DNA from: Trueperaceae bacterium | GTDB taxonomy: Bacteria > Deinococcota > Deinococci > Deinococcales > Trueperaceae | DNA length: 64,000 nucleotides | Reading direction: 5' to 3' | Assembly (NCBI GenBank): GCA_965213705.1 | Contig: OZ243913.1 | Location: 3,584,001-3,648,000 of the forward strand | Shown: positions 29,787 through 38,819 of the stretch, piece after piece | How the letters are laid out: every line of letters starts with the position of its first letter | Numbering within the stretch: the stretch's first letter is position 1 | Program-made: the position numbers and the translations under genes | Notes under the pieces: model-generated | The model's input: the letters and a program-made list of their open reading frames with translations, nothing else | Database searches by the model: none | Told to the model about the DNA's origin: nothing

Positions 29787-31565
29787 TTAGCCACGCCGCA
29801 CCAGCAGCGCGCCCTCGCGCCCAAAGCGCACCTCGTTCTCGCCAAAAGCGGGCGGCTCAGGCGCGTCTGTATAAGCCTCAGCCTCGCTGCGCCACAGTTC
29901 GGTGAAGGGGAACCCCAGCGGCAAGCTCACAGCGGGCTCGAGCGCGACAAGCAGCGTGTGCCGCCCGCGCGCCACGACCAGCCCGCCCGGCACCGGGCTT
30001 ACCGCGACGGCGCTACCCTGAAGCGTTCGGCGCAACGCCAGCAGGTCTTTATACAATGCTAGCGTTCGGGCGTGAGCCGGTTCGTCAAGCTCCGCCCACG
30101 CGAGCTTGCTCGCTCTAAAAGTCGTCTCGGCCTGCGGGTCGGGAACTTCGCTGTCAAGTTCGCCACCGAAACCGGGAAAGTCACCGAACTCTTCCTTGCG
30201 GCCTTCTCTCACAAGTGCGCCTAACTTGGGTTCGTGGTCGGTAAAAAACTGGAACGGCGTGCCCGCCGCCCACTCCTGGCCCATGAACAGCAGCGGCAGC
30301 GCGGGGCAAAAGAGCAGCAGCGCGCTCGCCGCGCGGTAGGCGGCGGGCGTGACGACCGCGTTCAGCCGGTCGCCGAGCGGACGGTTGCCTGTTTGGTCGT
30401 GGTTTTGAAGGCAGTAGACGAGTTGGTCGGGCCGGACTTGCTCAGGGCTCGAGCCGCGCGGTACACCGGTGGGCTCGTGCAGCCGTCCGTCGAAGTACCA
30501 GCCGCGCGTGACGGTTTCGGCCAGCGCCGCGCTCTCGCCCGAAAAGGCCGCGAAGTAGGTGTGGCGGTCGCCGGTGAGCGCGCGGCGCAGGTGGTGGTGG
30601 AAGTCGTCGGCCCAGACGCCGTCCAGGCCGTAGCCGCCCTCGGCCTGCGGCAACACGACGAGATTTTCGTTGCGATAGTCCTCGCCTATCAGGATGCGTT
30701 TGGGACCGGGCAGGGCTTCGACCGCGTTCACCAACTCGGCCAGAAAGTGCTGCGGGCCGTCGTCGTAGAGCGCGAAGATGGCGTCGAGCCGAAAGCCGTC
30801 TAAGTGGTATTCGGACAGCCACATGAGGGCGTTCGCGAGAAAAAAGCGCCGCACCGCCGGGCGTTCCAAGTTGACCGCCTTACCCCACGGCGTGCTGTAG
30901 CGGTCGGTGAGCACCTGCTCGTCAAAGGCGACCGGGTAAGCGCCGTCCGGCCCGAAGTGGTTGTAGACGACGTCCAAAAACACCGCCAGGCCCTGCCGGT
31001 GCGCTTCGTCGACAAGTCGGCGCAAACTGTCGGGTCGGCCGTAGGCGCGCGACGGCGCGTAAAACGCCGCCGGGTCGTAGCCCCAGTTGCGCGCGCCGGG
31101 AAAGTCGGCGACGGGCAGCAGTTCCAAAGCTGTCACGCCCAAACTTTTGAGATAGGGCAGCTTGTCGACGACACCGTCGAAGGTGCCCTGTTCGGTGAAC
31201 GTGCCGACGTGAAGTTCGTAAAAGACGAGGTCTTTTTGCGGGACGCCCTGCCAATCGTGGTCGGTCCAGGCAAAGGTGCGCGCGTCTACGACTTCGGACG
31301 GGCCTTGGACCCCCTCGGGCTGAAAGCGTGAGGCCGGGTCGGGGTAAGTGTGAACGCTGTCCAGGCGGTAGCGGTAGCGCGCGCCGGCACTCACGCCCTC
31401 GGCCTCGAGCACAAAGTACCCCTCTTCGGGGGTCATGGACAGGGCTTTGCCCGAGGGCTCGAGCACTAGGTCGACCCGGCCGGCGTGCGGTGCCCAAACT
31501 CGAAAACGGGTACCGCGCCCGGTCGGCACCGCGCCCAACGTCAGGGGATTGTGTGAAAACGCCAT
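29787..31565 (-). CDS. treZ: Malto-oligosyltrehalose trehalohydrolase (GH13)
   Basis: FRVWAP, DPASRFQPEGV, YELHVGTFT, NWGYD, DVVYNH, DGFRLDA, QNHDQ.GNR and FMGQEW motifs. Confidence 0.95.
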   Translation of the reverse strand: MAFSHNPLTLGAVPTGRGTRFRVWAPHAGRVDLVLEPSGKALSMTPEEGYFVLEAEGVSAGARYRYRLDSVHTYPDPASRFQPEGVQGPSEVVDARTFAWTDHDWQGVPQKDLVFYELHVGTFTEQGTFDGVVDKLPYLKSLGVTALELLPVADFPGARNWGYDPAAFYAPSRAYGRPDSLRRLVDEAHRQGLAVFLDVVYNHFGPDGAYPVAFDEQVLTDRYSTPWGKAVNLERPAVRRFFLANALMWLSEYHLDGFRLDAIFALYDDGPQHFLAELVNAVEALPGPKRILIGEDYRNENLVVLPQAEGGYGLDGVWADDFHHHLRRALTGDRHTYFAAFSGESAALAETVTRGWYFDGRLHEPTGVPRGSSPEQVRPDQLVYCLQNHDQTGNRPLGDRLNAVVTPAAYRAASALLLFCPALPLLFMGQEWAAGTPFQFFTDHEPKLGALVREGRKEEFGDFPGFGGELDSEVPDPQAETTFRASKLAWAELDEPAHARTLALYKDLLALRRTLQGSAVAVSPVPGGLVVARGRHTLLVALEPAVSLPLGFPFTELWRSEAEAYTDAPEPPAFGENEVRFGREGALLVRRG

Positions 31566-31609
31566 ACCTCAGCCTAGCAAAACGGTGGGGCGAACGGTAA
31601 GCGCTCGGC

Positions 31610-31646
31610 AAAAAAAGACCAGTTCGCGCTCGGCGAACCGGTCTTT
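31610..31646 (-). terminator. Rho-independent terminator of the LysM gene
   Basis: AAAAAAAGACCAGTTCGC-GCTCG-GCGAACCGGTCTTT hairpin with a U-tract on the minus strand. Confidence 0.7.
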
Positions 31647-31662
31647 GTAAGGGCTCGAGGCT

Positions 31663-33378
31663 TTACGGAATAACCAGCACCATGCCCGTCAGCAGGGTGT
31701 CCGGGTCGTCCAACAAGTAGTCGTTGGCCTCGAACAGGTCGGTCCAGCGCGAACCGTCGCGGTAAAAGGTCGAAGCGATGCTGGACAGCGAGTCCAGCGG
31801 CTGCACGGTGTAGACCCCTTGCGCCCCGACCAGGTTGGCGACGGTGCGTTGGGCGGCCGCCAGTTGCGTCTGCACCTCGGCGACGCGGTCGGCGTCGGGA
31901 CTGTCCATCTGCAACAGGTCTCCGTACTCGGCCACTGTTTCCGCCGCGCGCTCTCGCGCCTGCGGCAAGCGCTCGTCGGCGGGGGCCAGGCGCTCTTCGA
32001 GCGTCAGGGTTTGGTTCTCGAGTTCGTTTTGGCGCGCGACAAGCTCGTCGCGTTGGCGCTCAGTTTCGGTCAAGCTGCTGCTGAGCCGCTCGGCTTCCGC
32101 CTGCTGGGTCGTTAACTGCGCTTGCAAGTCCGCCAGCTCGGCTTGGCGCTGCTCGAGGTCGGCTTGCGCCTGGTCCCGCTCGGCGCTGAGGCTTTGGCTG
32201 GCTTGCGTGGCCGCGTCCAACTCGCTTTGCAAGGCGGTGGCCGACTCGGTCGCTCGGTCGAGGTCTTCTCGGTTCGCGTCCAACTCGGCTTGCAAACTGT
32301 CCCGCTCGCTTTCGGCGGCGCTCAGGTCGGCCTGGGCTTGCTCCAGCGCTTGCGCCGCGCCGGAGGCCTCTTGCTGCGCGGCTTCGGCCTGAGCTTGCAA
32401 GTCGTCACGTTCGGCGGTCACGGCCGCGAGGTCGGCGCCCAATTCCTCGGTTTGAGTCGTAAGTTCTTCGTTTTGCGCGGTGAGGTCGTCGGTTTGCGCG
32501 GTGTTTAGGGCGGCAAGCTCAACGGCCCGCTGAGTCGCCGTTTCCAGCTCGGCTCGCAAGGAAGTCGCCGTTTCGGTTGCCTGCGCTAAGGTGTCTTGGC
32601 TCGTGCTCAATTCGGTTTGCAAAGCGTCGCGCTCGGTTTCCGCCGTGGCGAGGCTCGTTTGCGCCGTCTCGAGCTGGCTTTGCAGGTCGTCGCGCTGTTG
32701 TGTGAGGTTGGCAATCTCTTCGTCTTGCGCCGCGCTCTCCCCGGCCTGGGCTTGCAAGGTTTGGAGCTGTTCGTTGGCGCCGCTCAACTCCACTTGTAGC
32801 CGGGCTTGCTCGTCTTGGAGCCGGGTTTGCTCACCCTGCAGCGTCTCGAGCTGGGTTCGCGCCTCGTCCCTTTGCCCTTGGGCCGCGGTGAGCCCTTCTT
32901 GCAAGTCGGCGTTGCTTTGCGTCAGCTCTTGGTTTTCACTTTCCGCCGCGTTCAGACGCTCGGTCAGCGTGTCCACTTCGGCCTGCAGGTCCGCCGTCGC
33001 TGCAGCTTGTGCGTCGTCTTGTGACTGCTCGTCTTGGGTTTGCACATCCTGAGTTTGCCCGTCTTGTTCGCCTTCTTGTTCGTTTTGGGCTGGGGCGCTC
33101 CGGTTCTCCAAAGTTTGCTGGAGGGTGTCCAGCTGGATGCGCAAAGAGTCGAGTGTTTCCAGCGGTACCGACTCGTCCGACGTCTCCAGGGCGGCGAGCG
33201 CTCGCTGCAACTGAGCCAGAAGAGGCTCGAGCTGCGCTTCTAAGGTCGTCGGCGTCTGCACAATCGCCTGCGGCGCTGGCTGCGGAACTGCCGCCGAGGT
33301 CGACGTGGCTTGGGCCGGTGCCCAAGAGCAAAGTGCCAGGGACACGGCGACGAGGCAGGGCGTAAAGGTTCTTCGCAT
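31663..33378 (-). CDS. Secreted long coiled-coil protein with C-terminal LysM domain
   Basis: Signal peptide, ~400 aa of Q/E/A/L heptads, C-terminal YTVQPLDSLSSIA..FY....W..LFEAN....DPDTL..GMVLVIP. Confidence 0.85.
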   Translation of the reverse strand: MRRTFTPCLVAVSLALCSWAPAQATSTSAAVPQPAPQAIVQTPTTLEAQLEPLLAQLQRALAALETSDESVPLETLDSLRIQLDTLQQTLENRSAPAQNEQEGEQDGQTQDVQTQDEQSQDDAQAAATADLQAEVDTLTERLNAAESENQELTQSNADLQEGLTAAQGQRDEARTQLETLQGEQTRLQDEQARLQVELSGANEQLQTLQAQAGESAAQDEEIANLTQQRDDLQSQLETAQTSLATAETERDALQTELSTSQDTLAQATETATSLRAELETATQRAVELAALNTAQTDDLTAQNEELTTQTEELGADLAAVTAERDDLQAQAEAAQQEASGAAQALEQAQADLSAAESERDSLQAELDANREDLDRATESATALQSELDAATQASQSLSAERDQAQADLEQRQAELADLQAQLTTQQAEAERLSSSLTETERQRDELVARQNELENQTLTLEERLAPADERLPQARERAAETVAEYGDLLQMDSPDADRVAEVQTQLAAAQRTVANLVGAQGVYTVQPLDSLSSIASTFYRDGSRWTDLFEANDYLLDDPDTLLTGMVLVIP

Positions 33379-33535
33379 GGCTTTCAACTCCTAAAGGTGG
33401 TCTGTTCCCATCATAAAGGATGACGCCCGGACGGGTGGCGACAAGGCGGGAAAAACGCTTGGGCCGGCCTGGTCTGCACTCGAGCTTGAAAACTTCGTAA
33501 GTAAAAACTCGAGCTTCGTTTTCGACGTTCTCCGC

Positions 33536-33591
33536 CGACTCGGTACGTTCGACTTAACTCTTTCGACTCGGTACTTTTGACTCGGTACTAG
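33536..33591. repeat. 14-bp tandem repeat, 4 units, ACTCGGT-ACTTT family
   Basis: CGACTCGGTACGTT / CGACTTAACTCTTT / CGACTCGGTACTTT / TGACTCGGTACTAG. Confidence 0.8.
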
Positions 33592-33639
33592 GTCCTTTCA
33601 GCTCAAACTTTGAGAACCCTCTTCACCACGCGCACGCGG

Positions 33640-33651
33640 TAAACTGAAGGT
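33640..33651 (+). promoter_or_regulatory. -10 element for a leaderless polA transcript
   Basis: TAAACT 6 nt upstream of ATG 33652; no SD sequence. Confidence 0.6.
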
Positions 33652-36219
33652 ATGTCAGAGACCGCCCTTTTTGAGCCAGACCCCGCCGCGCCGGACAGCA
33701 ACAGTGAGTCGAACGGCCACAAAATCGTCATCATCGACGGGCACGCGCTCGCCTACCGCAGTTACTTCGCCATCCGCGAGCTGTCGAACAGCCAGGGGCG
33801 CTCGACGAACGCCATCTTCGGCTTTTTACGCTCGCTGCTGCGCATCCTGAAAGAAGAGGGCGAGTTCGACGCGACGATTGTCACCTTCGACGCGCCCGCC
33901 AAGACGTTTCGGCACGAGCAGTACGGCGACTACAAAGCGGGCCGCGCGCCCGCGCCGGACGACCTACCCGAGCAGATTCGCACCATCAAGCGCGTCGTCG
34001 ACTTGCTGGGGCTGTACCGCACCGAGGTACCGGGTTTGGAAGCCGACGACCTGTTCGGCACCATCGCCAAACGCTGCGAAGTGCAAGGGTACTCAGTCGA
34101 AATCGTCACCGGCGACCGCGACGCTTACCAGCTCGTCTCGGAACGCGTCTGCGTGCGCGGGCTCGACAAAAAAGACCGCTTCGGCCCCAAGGAAGTGTTC
34201 GACAAGTACGGCGTGACGGTGGAGCAGTGGGTGGACTACCGCGCGCTGACCGGCGACTCTTCGGACAACATCCCCGGTGCCAAGGGAATAGGGCCGGTGA
34301 GCGCGAAAAAGCTGTTGCAGAACTACGGCAGCCTCGACTATATTTTGGCGCACCTGGACGAGGTCGAGCCGAAAAAATTCGCTGAGAAGGTCGAAGCGTC
34401 GCTAGAGGACGTGAAATTCTCGCGCGAACTCTCGCGCATCGTCACCGACGCCGACATCAACATCGACCCGAAGGACTGGGCGAAGCGGGAGATGGCAAAG
34501 GACGAACTGCGCGAGTTGCTGGCGGAACTCGAGTTCGGCTCCATCGCTCGAGAACTGGATTTGACCGCGGCAGCAACGGCCTCGGGCGAGCACGACTACC
34601 AGCAGATTTCCTCGGCCGACATTTTTTTCGGCGGCGCTTACGGCTACGTGCTGTCCGAGCAAAGCCCGATGCGGGCCGAACTGACCGAACTCGCGGTGGC
34701 CGCGGCGCGAACCGTCGCGCCCGTGGCGGAAGAGTGGCGGGGAAGCGTGCTGAGCAGCGAAGGCGTACTGAACGCCTGCGACGCCAAGGCGCTGACCGTC
34801 TACGCGCGCAAACAAGGGCTCAAGGTCACGCCGGGCGACGACCCGCTGCTGATGGCCTACGTCCTCGACCCAAATACCGCCTCCCCCGAAGCCCTGGCGC
34901 GGCGCTACGGCACGCCCGACTGGGGCGTGAACGCGATAAGCCGCGCGGTGGTGACGGCGGAGTTGCTGAAAACCTTGCCCGAAAAGCTCACGCCCGAGCT
35001 GAAACACATCTACGAAGCGATAGAAAAACCCCTCCAGGACGTACTCGCCGACATGGAATACTGCGGCGTCGAGGTCGATGTGGCGCTGCTCAAGGCGCAG
35101 TCGGACCTGTTCGCCACGCAGTTGGAAACGCTCGAGAACAAAGTCCGCACCATCGCCGACAACCCCGACCTCAACCTGAACTCGCGCGACCAACTCGCCG
35201 ACCTCTTGTTCGACAAGCTCAACTTGCAAGCGGGGCGCAAAACCTCGACCGGCAAGCGCTCGACCTCGGTGCAGGCGCTCGAGCCGCTCCGCGAGGAGCA
35301 CGAAATCATCGCCATGATTCTCGACTACCGCGAACTCTCAAAACTCAAAAACACCTACCTCGACCCGCTGCCCGCGCTTCTAAACCCCGACACCGGACGC
35401 ATCCACACGACCTTCAACCAGACCGTCACCACGACGGGGCGGCTCTCGAGCGCCAACCCCAACCTCCAAAACATCCCCATCCGCACCGAAATCGGGCGCG
35501 AGATTCGTAAGGCGTTCATCGCGGGCAAGGGCGACAAACTGCTCGTCGCGGACTACTCACAAATCGAACTGCGCATTCTGGCGCACGTGACGGGTGAGGA
35601 AGCGCTGCTGGAAACGTTCCGCACCGGCGAGGACATCCACCGCCGCACCGCCGCGCAGATTTTCGACACCGGCATGGGTGCTGTGGACGCCACCATGCGC
35701 CGCGTCGCCAAAATCATTAACTTCGGCGTGCTCTACGGCATGAGCGCCCACCGTTTGACCCGCGAACTCGGCATCGAATACAAGGACGCCGACGCCTTTA
35801 TTACGGCGTACTTCGAGCGCTACCCGAAGGTGCAGGCTTACATCGACGACACGCTGGCTTTTGCCAGCAAACACGGCTACGTCGAGACGCTGCTGGGCCG
35901 CCGCCGCTACATCCCGGACATCAACTCGAAAAACCGCAACGCGCGCGAGTACGCCGAGCGCACCGCCTACAACATGCCGATTCAGGGCACGCAGGCCGAC
36001 ATCATGAAAATTGCAATGGTGGAGCTTGCGCCGCGTCTGCGCGAACGCCACGCCCGAATTACCCTGCAAGTCCACGACGAACTTGTCATTGAAGCGCCCG
36101 CCGAGAGTACGGCAGAGGTTTCGCAACTCGTCAAGGAGACGATGGAGAACGCTTATCAACTGGACGTGCCCATCGTCGCCGAGGTCGGGGTGGGAGAGAA
36201 TTGGCTCGAGGCGAAGTGA
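33652..36219 (+). CDS. polA: DNA polymerase I
   Basis: IDGHALAYRSYFA 5' nuclease, TGRLSS.NPNLQNIP, DYSQIELR, KIINFGVLYG and QVHDEL motifs. Confidence 0.98.
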   Translation: MSETALFEPDPAAPDSNSESNGHKIVIIDGHALAYRSYFAIRELSNSQGRSTNAIFGFLRSLLRILKEEGEFDATIVTFDAPAKTFRHEQYGDYKAGRAPAPDDLPEQIRTIKRVVDLLGLYRTEVPGLEADDLFGTIAKRCEVQGYSVEIVTGDRDAYQLVSERVCVRGLDKKDRFGPKEVFDKYGVTVEQWVDYRALTGDSSDNIPGAKGIGPVSAKKLLQNYGSLDYILAHLDEVEPKKFAEKVEASLEDVKFSRELSRIVTDADINIDPKDWAKREMAKDELRELLAELEFGSIARELDLTAAATASGEHDYQQISSADIFFGGAYGYVLSEQSPMRAELTELAVAAARTVAPVAEEWRGSVLSSEGVLNACDAKALTVYARKQGLKVTPGDDPLLMAYVLDPNTASPEALARRYGTPDWGVNAISRAVVTAELLKTLPEKLTPELKHIYEAIEKPLQDVLADMEYCGVEVDVALLKAQSDLFATQLETLENKVRTIADNPDLNLNSRDQLADLLFDKLNLQAGRKTSTGKRSTSVQALEPLREEHEIIAMILDYRELSKLKNTYLDPLPALLNPDTGRIHTTFNQTVTTTGRLSSANPNLQNIPIRTEIGREIRKAFIAGKGDKLLVADYSQIELRILAHVTGEEALLETFRTGEDIHRRTAAQIFDTGMGAVDATMRRVAKIINFGVLYGMSAHRLTRELGIEYKDADAFITAYFERYPKVQAYIDDTLAFASKHGYVETLLGRRRYIPDINSKNRNAREYAERTAYNMPIQGTQADIMKIAMVELAPRLRERHARITLQVHDELVIEAPAESTAEVSQLVKETMENAYQLDVPIVAEVGVGENWLEAK

Positions 36220-36244
36220 GATAGTTGTCTGAGAGATGGTTTGG

Positions 36245-36292
36245 CTCGAGCCCAACAAGATAGAGCTGGCGCGAGAGGTGTTTGGGCCCGAG
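36245..36292 (+). repeat. TA-array repeat R1
   Basis: CTCGAGCCCAACAAGATAGAGCTGGCGCGAGAGGTGTTTGGGCCCGAG; imperfect hairpin; right-hand site is the variant CCCGAG. Confidence 0.7.
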
Positions 36293-36353
36293 TAAGCTTT
36301 CAAACGCACGATTTTCAAATACATCCGGGCGTCACACCTGCTAAACTGTAAGC

Positions 36354-36620
36354 ATGAAGGGCGTAAGTTACCTGGTAGATGATAGCGGCAAAAAGACTCA
36401 CGTCGTCCTTGACCTCACCGTATGGCAGGCGACTTGGCAGGCGCTGGTAGAACAACAAGCTGTGCGTCAATCCCGCAAACTGGGAAGTCTGAAAAAAGCT
36501 TTTGAAACGGCAGGTTTCGAAGTCGGGCAGGTAGGCGACACTCTTTTAGAGCCTATGAGCGAAGAGGAACTCGCGCTGTGGTACGACGGCCCTATCTTCC
36601 CCGATGAAGCTCCTTCTTGA
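36354..36620 (+). CDS. Antitoxin (chimeric: N-terminus shared with 39557..39772, VapB-like C-terminus)
   Basis: MKGVSYLVDDSGKKTHVVLDL...RKLGSLK...LLEPMSEEELALW; overlaps the PIN gene; TGnTAAACT -10 upstream. Confidence 0.75.
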   Translation: MKGVSYLVDDSGKKTHVVLDLTVWQATWQALVEQQAVRQSRKLGSLKKAFETAGFEVGQVGDTLLEPMSEEELALWYDGPIFPDEAPS

Positions 36621-36990
36621 CGCGCACACTTTGCTGTGGTGGCTAGCGGGTAATCCTAAACTTTCCATAAAAGCCGCCCAAACCATCGCCGACCCGGACA
36701 ATCAAGCTTTCGTCAGTGTGGCTTCCCTGTGGGAAATGAGCATCAAACACGCGGCTGGAAAATTGCCCGAGTACATCGTTTTAGGCAAAGATGCCGAACT
36801 TACCTTACAACAGCAAGGTTTTATCCTCATCCCTGTCTTGTATGCACATGCCTACGCCGCTGCGAACCTACCTATGCACCACCGCGATCCGTTCGACCGT
36901 CTTCTTTTAGGCACCTCTCAGGTAGAAGGCATGACCCTTGTTAGCAAGGACGAGATTTTCAAAAGTTACCCAGTCCAACTTGTTTGGTAG
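36604..36990 (+). CDS. vapC: VapC/PIN toxin
   Basis: LLLDAHTLLW, SVASLWEM.IK, HHRDPFDRLL and LVSKD motifs. Confidence 0.92.
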   Translation: MKLLLDAHTLLWWLAGNPKLSIKAAQTIADPDNQAFVSVASLWEMSIKHAAGKLPEYIVLGKDAELTLQQQGFILIPVLYAHAYAAANLPMHHRDPFDRLLLGTSQVEGMTLVSKDEIFKSYPVQLVW

Positions 36991-37056
36991 CTCGAGTTCA
37001 ATGATTAAAGTTGATTCAAGAGGGTTTGCAAGAGGTGTTTGAGGTTTCGGCTCGAG
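36991..37056 (+). repeat. TA-array repeat R2 (remnant of the mazF 3' end)
   Basis: CTCGAGTTCAATGATTAAAGTTGATTCAAGAGGGTTTGCAAGAGGTGTTTGAGGTTTCGGCTCGAG aligns to 40057-40123. Confidence 0.85.
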
Positions 37057-37087
37057 CCGTCAACACCCAAGCGCGCTATAATCTGGT

Positions 37088-37312
37088 ATGGAAGAACGCG
37101 TTGTCGTCGATCCCGAGATTTGCAACGGTCGCCCGGTCATTAAAGGTACGCGCGTTACGGTGCAAACCGTCCTTGAGTTTCTGGGTGCAGGCGACAGCGT
37201 CGAGGACGTTTTGAGCGAATACCCTAGCCTCACACATGAAGATATTTTGGCGAGTCTGCGCTACTCTTCGCGCCTGATGGCAAATCACTTCACCCTCGAA
37301 CAGGTCGCGTGA
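37088..37312 (+). CDS. DUF433 family antitoxin
   Basis: DPEICNGRPVIKGTRVTV..VLE.L..G.SVEDVLSEYPSLT.EDI.A.L.Y; TATAAT 5 nt upstream of the ATG. Confidence 0.92.
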   Translation: MEERVVVDPEICNGRPVIKGTRVTVQTVLEFLGAGDSVEDVLSEYPSLTHEDILASLRYSSRLMANHFTLEQVA

Positions 37313-37649
37313 CAGGGTTATTGTTCGATGAAATTTACCGTACAAGCTTCGCTTTACGCCGTCACTTCCTGTTATTCATGCCAAAGATTTAGGCAAGAGT
37401 CCAAGCGACGCAGACTTGTGAAGTCACGCCCGGACAAATGACTTAGCGGTTGTCATTAAAGACGCGGATTTTTCTGACCGCATCCTCATTGCCGACCCTC
37501 CACCTAGAGTCGTACATTTGCGGTTTGGCAACTTGCGTCTGGTAGCCTTTCATGCACATTTAGCGCAAGTTTGGCCTCGAGTTGAAGTGCTTTTAGAAAC
37601 CAACAAACTTGTGAATATTTATTTGGACCGTTTGGAGGCGGTGGCGTAA
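37309..37649 (+). pseudogene. DUF5615 family PIN-like toxin, inactivated
   Basis: Reconstructed MTGLLFDE(N)LP...SPSDADL*SHARTNDLAVVIKDADFSDRIL..DPPPRVVHLRFGNLR. 1-nt deletion at ~37331-37333 and TGA at 37419-37421. Confidence 0.82.
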
Positions 37650-37652
37650 AGC

Positions 37653-37708
37653 CTCGAGCCGAGCAAGTTGGAGCGGGCTTGCAAGAGGTGTTTGGGGTTT
37701 AGGCTGAG
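37653..37708 (+). repeat. TA-array repeat R3
   Basis: First 48 bp identical to R4: CTCGAGCCGAGCAAGTTGGAGCGGGCTTGCAAGAGGTGTTTGGGGTTT; right-hand site degenerate (CTGAG). Confidence 0.92.
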
Positions 37709-37777
37709 CCGTTCCACTTTGCCCTGCTCGTTGATGATGTTTACCATGCGCGTGAGGAGAGTCTAGCATTTGTGGGT
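37704..37777 (-). pseudogene. Degraded remnant of the antitoxin 5' end and promoter (copy of 39365-39441)
   Basis: GTTCCACTTTGCCCTGCTCGTTGATGATG...TAGCATTTGTGGG aligns with the intact antitoxin start. Confidence 0.75.
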
Positions 37778-37797
37778 GACGAGGGAGTTTAAAGGTT

Positions 37798-38466
37798 CTA
37801 AATACCGGTACTTCTTTCCAAAGCACGAAAAGCCGCCTCGACACGCTCCAGAAAATAAGTATTCAGCTGCTCGGGATAACCCGCATCAGCCTTTCCCAAA
37901 CTCTCGTAGTAGGCATCCTCTTCCGCACTCGTGGGAAAATACTCGAGTATAGGGGAGGTTTCCAGCGAAACTCCGGCCAGACCAAAGGTTACCCAAAGAA
38001 AATAGTGGTCCAACACCCGACCCGTGCGCCCGTTCGTGTCCGGGAAGGGGTGAACGTACTGAAAATCGTGGTGCCCCTGAGCGATAATCTTCACGACTTG
38101 TTCCAAGGTCGGTTCGCTCGGTAAGCTTTGCATCTCGTTTACTCGCGCCGCCAGGTTATCAAAGCGTTGTTTCAGTTCCAGGCGTACCTGATGCCACTCT
38201 ACATGTACCAGACCTCCCGGCCCTCGGTTGTCGTTGCGGGGTTGTCCTGCCCACTCGTAGACAGGGTCGAACATTACCTTGTGCAGGGCGTAAATATCGG
38301 AGTCGCTTGGCGAGTGGCCGACCTTGTCCACCCGTGACGCCCGTTTAAAAGTCCAGATACGCCCACAAAGCTCGGCCTCGATAAGAAGAGGCTCGACTTC
38401 CTCATAGCTTGTCAAGAGCCCCAAGCGCGTAGCTTGGGGTAAGGTGATTCGGTTCTGTCTCGCCAT
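37798..38466 (-). CDS. Fic family toxin (class I FicT-like)
   Basis: Fic motif variant HPFPDTNGRTGR; IYALHKVMF..VYEWAGQ.R; YYESL.KAD.G. Start uncertain (38466 or 38526). Confidence 0.88.
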   Translation of the reverse strand: MARQNRITLPQATRLGLLTSYEEVEPLLIEAELCGRIWTFKRASRVDKVGHSPSDSDIYALHKVMFDPVYEWAGQPRNDNRGPGGLVHVEWHQVRLELKQRFDNLAARVNEMQSLPSEPTLEQVVKIIAQGHHDFQYVHPFPDTNGRTGRVLDHYFLWVTFGLAGVSLETSPILEYFPTSAEEDAYYESLGKADAGYPEQLNTYFLERVEAAFRALERSTGI

Positions 38467-38482
38467 GCGGCTCAGGACTGCG

Positions 38483-38677
38483 CTAAGGTGTCGCCGCTTC
38501 TGTCTCGAAGTGTTTTGCAACCTCACGAATGCGCGTTATCGGAATGTCGTAGCCTTCGGCCTTCAAGGACTGGCGGACACTCTCGAGCAGCCTTTCGGGC
38601 AGTTTCGTTTCAGCAGTGGCCGGGTACCGGCGTTGAATAGCGCGCATACGTTCGCTCAAACTTCGCTGGTTTGTCAT
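38483..38677 (-). CDS. FicA/VbhA-like antitoxin
   Basis: 64 aa directly upstream of the Fic gene, carrying the inhibitory (S/T)xxxE(G/N) motif SLKAEG. Confidence 0.78.
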   Translation of the reverse strand: MTNQRSLSERMRAIQRRYPATAETKLPERLLESVRQSLKAEGYDIPITRIREVAKHFETEAATP

Positions 38678-38729
38678 AAAGCACCTCTAACCTTACCGAA
38701 ATAATACCACGAGAAGAATTGTGTTGGGG

Positions 38730-38786
38730 CTCGAGCCGAGCAAGTTGGAGCGGGCTTGCAAGAGGTGTTTGGGGTTTGGGCTCGAG
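38730..38786 (+). repeat. TA-array repeat R4
   Basis: CTCGAGCCGAGCAAGTTGGAGCGGGCTTGCAAGAGGTGTTTGGGGTTTGGGCTCGAG. Confidence 0.92.
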
Positions 38787-38819
38787 TTGCCACCTGCAGG
38801 TTGGAAGAAAGGTTAACCG

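Noticed and set aside
31663..33378. SMC or phage tape-measure protein
   Set aside because: It has a signal peptide and LysM but no Walker motifs, and there are no phage genes nearby.
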